41,779 bases of DNA from Chrysochromulina tobinii (lineage: Eukaryota), in NCBI GenBank assembly GCA_001275005.1, contig JWZX01003269.1, forward strand, positions 62,001-103,779, written 5' to 3'. Positions within the stretch are counted from its first letter, which is position 1, and the number at the start of each line of letters is the position of its first letter. The notes under the pieces were generated by a model that had not been told where the DNA came from, did no database searches, and worked only from the letters and a program-made list of their open reading frames with translations. The position numbers were made by a program, and so were the translations under genes. Below, piece by piece: positions 20,489 to 29,749 of this stretch.

Positions 20489-22388
20489 TCAGTCGACTTC
20501 TTCTCTGTGTTCCCCCCATGATGGCGGCGCCGAGGAGTCCGTGGCATTGCCGCTTGGCTCCTGGGCCTTTCCATGCCCCGCTTGCGGCAGCGGCTCCTGC
20601 AGATGGCGCTCGATGGTCGCGGCGAGGTCCTTGCGCCCCTTCTTGGTCGCTACCGCCGACGGCGTCTCACCGTCGTCATTCTTGAGCGTCGCGTCCGCGC
20701 CGTGCTTCAGGAGCCATTCGACGGAGAAGGCCTGCCCACTGCTGCACGCCGAGTGGAGAACTGTCGATTCGGACGTATTCCGCGCGTTCACGTCCGCGCC
20801 GAGAGAGAGGAGCCATTCGAGGATCCGTAGCTCGCCGCTCGCCGCAGCCCCAGTGCATCGCGGTGTGCCCGATGCCGCGTGCCTTGTAGCGAACCAGCTG
20901 ATCGGCCCCATGCTCGGCCAGCAACGCCTCCATCTCTTGCCGCTGCCCAGATTTCGCCGCCTTGATCCACTGCTCGCCCGCGGGCCCCGCGGGCGTCGCA
21001 GGCTTCGAAGCGGCCGGCTTGGCGCCCTCCGGTTGGGGCGGCGCGGGCTTGGGCGTCGCCGCCGGTTTGGCGCTGCTGCTGCTGCTGCTGCTGCTGCTGC
21101 AATGATTACGATCCCCATTACGATCCCCCTGGGACGGAGCGCCGGCAGCGTCGTTGGCTGTTGGAAGCTCACCCTCGCGTAACGAGGCGCGTAGGTCCTC
21201 GAGCCCCTTGAGTAGCGCCGCGTTCTGCGGTTCGATCGCGAGGCCGGCCTTGTAGGCCTTCATCGCATCCTTGTACTCGCCTTTCAAGATGAGGGCCGCG
21301 CCCTTCCGGCTGTAACCCTTTGCCCAGTCGGGAGCCAGCTTGATGCACTCGTTTGCATCGGACAGTGCCTCGGAGGCGTTGCCGAGTGACGCGTGCGCGC
21401 CCGAGCGATTTGAGTAGAGCACGTAATTCTTGGGCGTCAGCCGAATCGCCGCACCAAAGTGCTTCACCGCCGCGGTATAGTCGCCCCGGCCGAAGGCGTC
21501 GTTGCCGAGCGCCTTAGCGCGCTCAGCGCCCGCCTGCTGCGCCGCGCTCGCGTCCTCGTCGTCGCTGTCGTCGAGGGCGTCCAGCTTCGACTGCATGGGC
21601 GCGCTCGCCTTCTTTGGAGGCGACGGCGGCTTCTCGGCGGGGGCCTCGGATGGCGGAGCCGGAGCGGCAGGCGGAGGGGGCGCAGGCGCAGGCGCGGGAG
21701 CGGAATTTTGCTTGGGCTCAGCCATGGGCTTGGCCGCGAGTGCGGGCGCGGCTTTGTCGAGGACCTCGCGCAGGAGCTGCCTGAGCTCAGCCTTCTCGGA
21801 CACACCGTCAGTGTCCACCTTACTCAGCTTGAGCGCCTGCTTCATCTCCGCCACCTTCCACGTGCCCTCATCGCGAGCCTGAAGCTCGGAGAGCAGCGAG
21901 GGAAGCACCGCCTGCGCCCCTGCCTCGGCGATGTTGCGCGCGATCTGGCTGTGGCCCTTCTCGACGGCAACGTCGTATGCAGTCTGGTCGTCGGTGTTAA
22001 CGAGCTTCGTGTCGCAGCCAGCTGAGAGCAGCATATTTACAACAGCACTCTGCCCGTTTTGTGATGCCGTGTGCAGCGGCGTGGAGTTGGCATTGTTGAT
22101 CGCGTTCACGTTGTGGCCCTCATCTAGGAGCCACTTGGCGAGGCTCGCGTAGCCTTTGGACGCTGCCCAGTGCAGCGCCGTGTGGCCAATCATGCCCAGT
22201 GAGCAACCGAGCCCGTTGTATTCGAGAACGCGGGAGTCCTCGCGGAGCAGTGGCTCCATGGAGGTCCGGTCACCGCGCTTAGCAGCGTCGAGCCAGGCCT
22301 TGCCGCCAGGCGGCGGCGGGTTCGGGCATGATTTGGACTTGCGTGACCACTCGGGCCAACCTGGTGGTGGGCCTTGATCTTCAGCCAT
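20489..22388 (-). CDS. Ankyrin - TPR (STI1/HOP-like) - ankyrin protein with an apparent 1-nt frameshift at 20848-20851
   Basis: Ankyrin repeats GHTALHWAASKG and STPLHTASQNGQ. TPR motifs KALGNDAF, LYSNRSGAH and PDWAKGYSRKGAA. The second ankyrin block GHTAMHW|AAASGELRILEWLL continues in another frame across a G4 run. Confidence 0.85.
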
Positions 22389-22549
22389 TCGGCGGGCTGC
22401 GAAGGCGCGAGAACTGGCGCGAGGCAGGAGACTTCGCGACAGACTGGAGATTCCGTTACGCAAGTGGATGCGGACATTCAAGAACCGAATGCGATTCAGA
22501 GTTTGGTGCACGGCCTTGAGACCATTCACTGCATTTTCACACGATACAC

Positions 22550-24028
22550 ATGCTGCTCAGTGCCTTCGCCTATGCAGCCGACCATGATTCGCTTAGGCAG
22601 CGCCTCGAAGACTCGGAGCATTCGCTCAAACTGCACATACATATGCTCGCAGAGCAGCAGAGGCAGTACAACGAGCTTGAGGCCAAGCTGAAAGGGCAGC
22701 AGCAAGAGGGGCAGCCTCGAGCGCAAGCGCCGCCGATTCCACCGGCATCAATCGCCGTCGGTGAGGAGCCAGAGCGGCAGCACGTTCAGCGCGAACGCCA
22801 ACTCGAAGCGGCCATCCGTGCCCTCTCAGGAAGGGCCGAGCGCACGCTGCTGCGCGAGGTGTTGCGCAGCTGGCGCTCCCACTGCGACAAGGTGCTGATG
22901 CTCGGCCACATGCGCGCCGCGCTCTCGCGCAAAGCAAGCGAATGGGCATCGTCGTCATCATCTATAATCGACGATTCGACGCTAATAGCGATGGCCGAGG
23001 ACGAAAATCTGGATACGGACGCTGGTCCGCTGCCGTCAGCTCCGGTGCCGCCGCCGCCGCTGCTACCGCCGCTACCGCCACTGCCATCGGCTCCGATGCA
23101 GGAGGCGGCGCACTCACCGCCCGCCGTCAAGGCGGCGGGCTCGCCGCTTTTGCCACCGGGCCTCGTGAGCCGGCTACGTTGGCGGCTCGCGCTCAGCGAG
23201 GTATGCCGAAGGCAACGCTCCGCACGCCACCTCGCGACCCCGGCGGCACCTTGCGCACCACCTCTGCCAGTACCCTCTCCAGCAGGGGCTGGCAAGGGTG
23301 GAGTGGCGCCGGCGGTGCTGCCAGCGACCGGCCTGAGTGTTGGGCTCCAGGCAGCAGCTCGGGAGGCGCCGGTGGGCGGGGCGGAGGCGCCGCTCCCTCT
23401 CAAAATCCTCTCAAAGCTCCTCCCAGCGTCGCCCGAGAGCTTCGTCGCCAGCGCCGACGGCCACTCGGTGCGCCTGCAGCACCTGACGACCGAGAACAAG
23501 TTCCTGCGCGAGCGCGTCCTCACGCTCGAGGCGTCGATGCAGCAGCTGCAGCGCGAGTTCAGTGAGAAGCGCGAGCTCCTGCGTCACACATACGTCCTCT
23601 ATCATCGACTGCTCCGTGACCCGGCCTCGGAGCGCCACGCATATGTACCCGCGAGCCCGGAACGCGTGGACGCGTGGGCCCTCAAGGGGCTGGCTCTCTT
23701 CCGCTCGCGTGACACTGTGCAGCAGGAGGCCGACATTGCCGACGGAATGGAAGCGGTGCTCGAAGACACCTTGCGGCTCAACATTCATCTCAACGTGCAG
23801 GTGGAGCAGCTGAAGAAGATAGTGGCCGCCGCGGCCGCGGCAGGCGCGGAGCTGCAGAGCGATGTGGCGAGCGCTAAAGGCGTGGCTCGCACCACGGAGC
23901 CGGCGATGGCGATGGCCGCCGCATCTTCGTCTGTCCGCAGCAGCAGCAGCAGCAGCAGCAGCAGTACCACGGTAGGCGCTTTGCCACCCTCACGCGAGTT
24001 TCGGCGTTCGTTGAACCTCTATGATTGA
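22550..24028 (+). CDS. Coiled-coil / Pro-rich protein with a CCDC186/GRIPAP1-like C-terminal region
   Basis: Heptad-rich segments. ENKFLRERVLTLEASMQQLQREFSEKRELL...MEAVLEDTLRLNIHL resembles the CCDC186 C-terminal motif as I recall it; not searched. Confidence 0.6.
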   Translation: MLLSAFAYAADHDSLRQRLEDSEHSLKLHIHMLAEQQRQYNELEAKLKGQQQEGQPRAQAPPIPPASIAVGEEPERQHVQRERQLEAAIRALSGRAERTLLREVLRSWRSHCDKVLMLGHMRAALSRKASEWASSSSSIIDDSTLIAMAEDENLDTDAGPLPSAPVPPPPLLPPLPPLPSAPMQEAAHSPPAVKAAGSPLLPPGLVSRLRWRLALSEVCRRQRSARHLATPAAPCAPPLPVPSPAGAGKGGVAPAVLPATGLSVGLQAAAREAPVGGAEAPLPLKILSKLLPASPESFVASADGHSVRLQHLTTENKFLRERVLTLEASMQQLQREFSEKRELLRHTYVLYHRLLRDPASERHAYVPASPERVDAWALKGLALFRSRDTVQQEADIADGMEAVLEDTLRLNIHLNVQVEQLKKIVAAAAAAGAELQSDVASAKGVARTTEPAMAMAAASSSVRSSSSSSSSSTTVGALPPSREFRRSLNLYD

Positions 24029-24266
24029 AAAAGGTATGTTACGGTTCCGCTACGTTCATATACTCATTGTCAGTGTTTTGTTCGCCTTGAAAATAAGCTC
24101 TCAGGGTTCAACACAGTCCGATTTATCAATGCCGTGCACGCATGCTGTTCCGGCCCTGTCTGAAGTTCTGATTTCGATGGACTATTCACTCCGCCGCCTG
24201 TCATGGGCGGCGGGGCCGACTCTCGTGCAACTTCTGTGCAACTTCCTCGTCGGTTCGCAGCGCGGC

Positions 24267-26570
24267 TCACGCTCCTACTACTCGCACTGGTCGGTTATTG
24301 GCTGCCGCTGCCGCTGCTGCTACCGCTGCGGGATCGGGCCCTCCGTCGGGCACCACCGAAACCCTGAAGCGAATCCTTGATACGAATTTGACGAAGCGCA
24401 AGGTGGGGTTGACGACGGACTGCACCGCCTTGATCCCCAGCTCCTTCGACTTCGCCTTCGCCCTCGCCGCCCTCTCGCCGGGCGTGAGGTGGAATTTGAG
24501 CCACCTCCCAAATCGTTTGAGAGCCTTGAGCCAATGAGGCTCATGATCCCCTTCCTCGTAGCCGTCTAGCAGCCGACGCGCCTCCAGGCGGACCAGATAG
24601 CGTGCCCACTGGTCCTCGGCGGCGAGCGTCAACCAAGCGAGGCCCTGGACGACATACACGAGGAGCAGAGGGAGGATCATGAGCTTCGCAAAGCTCTCGA
24701 GGAGCCGCAACGACACCAACGTCCAGTCGGGCACGAACTCGCACGGCGGGACGGCCTGCTCGAAGCCGCAGGTCGGGTACAGGAACGTGATCCCGTCGAG
24801 GTCGTCTTGACTCAGGCAGCGGCGCGCGGCTCCGGCCGAGGGCCGCTCCAGCCCAATCGAGCCGAACTCGATCATGATCGAGTCGCTGTGGTCGACGCCG
24901 TCCTTGCCCATAAAGTTCTGGAAGGTGGCGATGGGCGGTGCCCGGGCTGGCGGGCGACCTGTCGTGATGATCATCGGCAACCCCACGGAGTGCGGCGGCG
25001 GCGGAAGCGCGAGCCCGGGCGGGGGCGCGGTCGGGGGCGGAGACGGCGGCGGCGGGATGATCTGCTGCAGCTGTGGGTCGAGAATGACGCCAAAGTCGTC
25101 GTCTGCACACAGCGGCCGCCCCCGGTTGGTGTAGTGCGCCGCCCAGGTTGGGGCGGGGACGGTGCGCGCGGCAAGCAAAGCTTGGTAGGTCGCATCATAA
25201 GGGTAGACCTCGCCGGTGCTCGCGTTATACGGCGGCGACGGCGGGGGCGGTGCGGGGGCCCGCAGCAGCGGAATGGCGCCGTCGGCACCGGTGGAGTGAT
25301 CGAGGGAAAGCAGGTGGCCGATTTCATGGATGGCTGAGGCACGGAAGTCGCGGCACACAAAGCACGTCATGATGCCGTCCGCGTACACGAGGGAGCCGGC
25401 CGTCATAATCGCGACGAAGAAGATCAGGGCGAGCCCGTTGGCCTGCACGATGGTCTCGAAGACCGAGATCAGGCCCGCGAGCATCGTCATCTTCTTCTGA
25501 TGTACTTGCGGGCACTGGCACTCGAAGCAGATCTCTCCGCAGAACTCGTCGAGCACGTACACGATCTCCTGCAGGTCGAGCTTGCCGTCCTGGTCCACGT
25601 CCCAGCCCGTGAGCAGGTTCGCCGCGAGGCGCATCATCCACCCCCACATCACGCAGAGGCATGCGCAGCACAGCGAGGCCGCGATGAGCCAGAAGGCAAT
25701 CAGGATCGTCTGAGACAACTCCAGGCCCGTGCCGTAGCCGGGGATCGTGATCACCCAGTCGCACACGTCGTTGTCCATGCGCCAGCAGTTGGGCACCGTC
25801 GCGTTGCCCAGCCCGTTGCCGTCCGCGACAGTATTCTTGAACTCGTCGTCGACGTTGAACTCGAGCCACGCACGCAGCACAGTCCGGCCGTTGGCGGGCT
25901 GCATCGTGGGCGAGAGCGGCGGCTGCTCGGTGACGACGGTACGCTGCACGCGCGCCTTGGCGTGCTGGTCGCCCAGCCGCCGATTCTTCTGCGTGAAGCC
26001 GCCCACGATGACGTCGGCGCGCGCGCACTCGAAGCACGTGCGGTGTGAGCACATCCAGGACGGTGAGTTCGGGTCCTTCTCGAGTGGAGTCGATTCGAGC
26101 TTCCAGTCGACGTAGGTTTCCCCATCCGCGGTCGCATTCTCGCGCTCGAGGCACCACGTCGACTCGGCGCACCGGTCGTCTGCAATGGGCACCCACATGC
26201 GCTCCGCCTCACAGCGGGACGTCACGTCGACAAAGGTGATCGCTGGGTTGGCTGCCGCCCAGACGTCGAAGGACTCGCGGATGATGGAATGGATGCGAGC
26301 GCACGTCGAGAAGTTCTGCCACTTTTGGGAGATGAAAAAGCTCACCGCCGAGTTTTCCGAGATCAGCGGCTGCATCGTTGCGCAGAAGTCGGGAGCAAGC
26401 GCCCAACGGATGAGCGGCCGGCGGTAGGTCCAGCGGATGGAGGAGGCCATCGCGTTCGAGACATTCCTATAATCGGGAAAGGGTGCGGTGCTGCCGCCAG
26501 CGAAGATCGACCACGAGGACGCGGTTGGGAGCACCGCTGCCAACAGCACGGATGCCAACCGGCTCCGCAT
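24267..26570 (-). CDS. Membrane-embedded matrixin-like (M10) zinc metalloprotease with an inserted TM-EF-hand-TM segment
   Basis: Signal peptide MRSRLASVLLAAVLPTASS. Matrixin-like IRESFDVWAAANPAITFVDV...ADVIVG. EF-loop DVDQDGKLDLQE (25601-25566). HEIGHLLSLDH (25328-25296). Met-turn DSIM, then LSQDDLDGITFLYP and a C-terminal TM. Confidence 0.8.
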   Translation of the reverse strand: MRSRLASVLLAAVLPTASSWSIFAGGSTAPFPDYRNVSNAMASSIRWTYRRPLIRWALAPDFCATMQPLISENSAVSFFISQKWQNFSTCARIHSIIRESFDVWAAANPAITFVDVTSRCEAERMWVPIADDRCAESTWCLERENATADGETYVDWKLESTPLEKDPNSPSWMCSHRTCFECARADVIVGGFTQKNRRLGDQHAKARVQRTVVTEQPPLSPTMQPANGRTVLRAWLEFNVDDEFKNTVADGNGLGNATVPNCWRMDNDVCDWVITIPGYGTGLELSQTILIAFWLIAASLCCACLCVMWGWMMRLAANLLTGWDVDQDGKLDLQEIVYVLDEFCGEICFECQCPQVHQKKMTMLAGLISVFETIVQANGLALIFFVAIMTAGSLVYADGIMTCFVCRDFRASAIHEIGHLLSLDHSTGADGAIPLLRAPAPPPPSPPYNASTGEVYPYDATYQALLAARTVPAPTWAAHYTNRGRPLCADDDFGVILDPQLQQIIPPPPSPPPTAPPPGLALPPPPHSVGLPMIITTGRPPARAPPIATFQNFMGKDGVDHSDSIMIEFGSIGLERPSAGAARRCLSQDDLDGITFLYPTCGFEQAVPPCEFVPDWTLVSLRLLESFAKLMILPLLLVYVVQGLAWLTLAAEDQWARYLVRLEARRLLDGYEEGDHEPHWLKALKRFGRWLKFHLTPGERAARAKAKSKELGIKAVQSVVNPTLRFVKFVSRIRFRVSVVPDGGPDPAAVAAAAAAANNRPVRVVGA

Positions 26571-26802
26571 CGTCCACGGTTTCTCTGAGCGCACACTTGA
26601 AACTGTGCTCAGACGAAACTCGGCGACTGAAGCGCGCTCGCGGAGTCACAATGTGGCCGAGGGGTGCTCCCACAGCATGCATGTTAGGTGGGGGGGTTTG
26701 GGGTCACCGCGGTGTACGCGATGGGCGTCGGGATGCGATTCCCAAGAGCAACCCACACGGCCGCGTCGTCCATCGATCGGCACAGTCCCTTCTGTTAGCC
26801 TT

Positions 26803-29285
26803 ATGACTACGTCCCAAGATCTTTCTGTTCGCCTCATGACTACGTCCGCGTCGTGCCTGCCTGTTGAGATCGATATGCCAAGGCTGAATCAGATGCCGCG
26901 CAAGTCACCCACCCTGGAACCTGGAATCATCTTAACGGCACCACCTCGTAGGTGCGCCAATAAGAGCTTTGAGATGTGCATGCAAGCGCTGCCAAAGGCG
27001 CCGACGATTGTTGAGCTGGTGCATCTCATGCCCGCAAGCCTCGGCCTCATTTGGCTCATGGTGTGGACTACATCGCGCGCATCTGCCGACGGTCTGTTCT
27101 CCGCACCGGGCTTGCTGCGACAGGGAGTGGCGGCTGTGGATCTCGGCGGCTTTTGGCACGTTGCCTTTATGGGCGGTCTACCATTCCTGGCGAGCTTATT
27201 CTTATACTCGACCTCTATTCGACTAGGCGTGCTCCTCGAATGTCCAGACAAGAGCCGTGCCTGTGACAAGCCCAATTACATAGATGCACAACGCCACCAG
27301 GCCCTCGTTGATGAAGGTACGCCTTCCACCATCTGCGAGAAGGCTCAGATGTGCCTCATCGCCGCCTGTGGGTTGATCTGCACCTTTCAGTACACGTCGC
27401 GCCTTCGGTTCTTTGTGTGGGCTCCTCCGCTGCCGTCTCTCCTCTTCGAGATCCTACTCTATGTATTCTTCGTCACGGCCATCCCAGTCGCGCTCGTCTG
27501 CCTCCGATTCGTGCGGATGGGTATTCTGAAGGAGCAAGGCGGTAACGCTCTCGAGACGTGCACTTACATTCAGACCCTGATGCTTGGCCTCGTGTGCCTC
27601 TCCGCCAGCCTGCTGAGCTATCTGACGCTGCTCGTCTCGGGGAGCCCTCCATTTACGACCGCCATGACGGGGCTCGAGCAACACAATCCATGTGCCCTCG
27701 CGGCAAATGCCTCAGTGCTCGACGCGCTCAAGTGCGTGCCCTCCACCTCGGTCTACGACGCACCTGGATCCCTCACATGCGCCAGCTCCGGAGCCTCTGA
27801 CTTCTTTGGCGACTATTTGACGACAGTGGATGCGTGCACCGCTGCGCGCGCCTACGTGCCCATCACGTGCCGTGCCTATGCTTGTTTCCTCCTCTGGCTC
27901 AACCTCGCCATCCTTGCCGTTGCATCCATGGCCAAAGCTGGGCTGGCAGCCGGGCGGCGCTCGCGACGCTTCCCACTACTCAACTGGGCGGCATTCAACA
28001 TGCTCTACGGCCTCGTTGGCCTGCTCGCTCCCCTGTACATGAGCATGTTGGTCGTGCCTGACGATATCTTGCGAGCGAGCTGGATGTCGCAGATCGTCTC
28101 GCGCGTCTACGCTCTTGTGATCAACCTGGTTCTTGTCTCCGGTGCTGTGCTTCTGATCTCGGCGGAGGCGTGCATGGCGCGCTTCGACGCGCTACTCACT
28201 GGAGGCGACCTCGATATTGCACTACCCAACGGCGAGCGACGGCGCGTGCGCGAGGAGCTCTTCAGGCTGCTCTGCGACGCGTTCAAGGCGGAGGTGCGTA
28301 ATGATGGAGGCTTTAGCGACGCGAGCCGGTTCAGTGGAGAGCCGTCAGATCTCATCTTGGGGAAGCCGGCCGAGGCGGCGCTCGGCATCAACCACTACAT
28401 GCGCGTTGACATGGCCAGCTTTGCGATGCCGCCGTATGCAAGGGGCGTCGCGGCAATTACTGCCGAGATCGAGGCGAATGGCACCCCCGAGGATCACGAG
28501 TGCCTCGACTACGTCCTGAACCAGCGCGCCGGAGAGAGTGAGCTCGTCTTTGCGAATGGCAACCGCAAGCGCGATTGCGATGGCCAAGGGAATCTGCTGA
28601 CGAGCCGGCTGGACCCAGTGAGTGGGCGCGGGATGGCGTTCGCCGACTTTGTCCAGCACCCGCACTCGCGCATCGCACGGCTGCAGGAGCCCCACGTGCT
28701 CGCGCTGCGCCTGTACACGACCGCCGCCTTCCGTTCGCTCAACGTGCCGCTGCGCGACACTCGCGCTGAGCGGCCGCCGCACCCGTTCCCAATCACCGTC
28801 AACTACATTCGAGAGGGCATCTCACAGCTGAGAGCCGCTGCGCAGCAACATTATAGCGATGACACGCTCGATCTCTGGCGCGGGCTCAAAAATCTCAAGG
28901 CTGGCGCTGAATTTCAGCGCCATGGAGGCACGGAGCTGGCACCGATGAGCACCACCACTGACCTCTCGATCGCCGTGGCCTACTCGATCTCGTCCAGGTC
29001 ACTTCTGCTCAAGCTACGCACGAACAGCTTCATGGGTCGAGGCGCGGACCTGACTTACCTCTCTGCCTTTCCCGGTGAATCGGAGATCCTTGTAAGCACA
29101 CGGCGGCTCGAACGCTGTGCAATCGCTTGTCCCTGGCTCCAACTCATCAGTTGTGCCCGGATCGAGACTATCCTTGTTGTGGGCAGTTCCCTCCACTCAC
29201 TTATCTGAGGCCGACCGGGCGCAAGCTCGAACTCACGTATAAGGGAATGACGTACGAAGTTATCGAGGTGGAGCCGACCCAATGA
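26803..29285 (+). CDS. Polytopic membrane protein fused to an R-S-E type (NAD:arginine) ADP-ribosyltransferase; intron 29092-29186
   Basis: About 8 hydrophobic helices, then HVLALRLYTT, LWRG (R at 28879), MSTT (S at 28948) and FPGESEIL (ExE at 29077-29085). A GTAAG...GGCAG intron joins in frame to FPPLTYLRPTG...VIEVEPTQ*. Start uncertain (ATGs at 26677, 26803, 26836, 26875, 26974). Confidence 0.82.
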
Positions 29286-29749
29286 TGAATGAACGTGGAC
29301 GTCGGTTTGGTCAAAGTACACATCATTTTAATATATAATAACCTCCAAAGCCGTGTGGGGAGGTATTCTTCGAGGTAACTCTTTCTGGATTCACACAATA
29401 ACCACCACCTGAGTTTGAACTGAGTGCTCGGCTGCACACATCCTGCCGATGTGCCAAACATGCGACTGTGGTTAAGACTGTGGTCCCTGGTGGGCAGCCT
29501 GGTCGTGCAGACCACACATCGTCATCCATCCCGTCCACCATCGTAGTAGAGCTCCGCCTGGACGAGAGCGGCAAGAAAACGCTTCGGAAGTACACACCTA
29601 ACAGGCACTAAACAGGCACCTGCACTCTCTCTTCGGGGGAGTAGAACCTGTGTGCTCACGAAGACGCTTTCGTCAATTTGGGCAGAAGAACAAGCCGAGC
29701 GTCCGCCGAGCTGCAGGGCCGACTGCGAAGCCTTACGAGCGAACTTGCA

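Noticed and set aside
21073..23964. CAG/AGC microsatellites (~21073-21100, ~23938-23964) as special elements
   Set aside because: They are ordinary in-frame poly-Ser tracts in linkers, like the GCC poly-Ala tracts elsewhere in the window.
26488..26676. ORF-track start of the ART gene at 26488
   Set aside because: It is a GTG start that overlaps the signal-peptide region of the opposite-strand protease gene.
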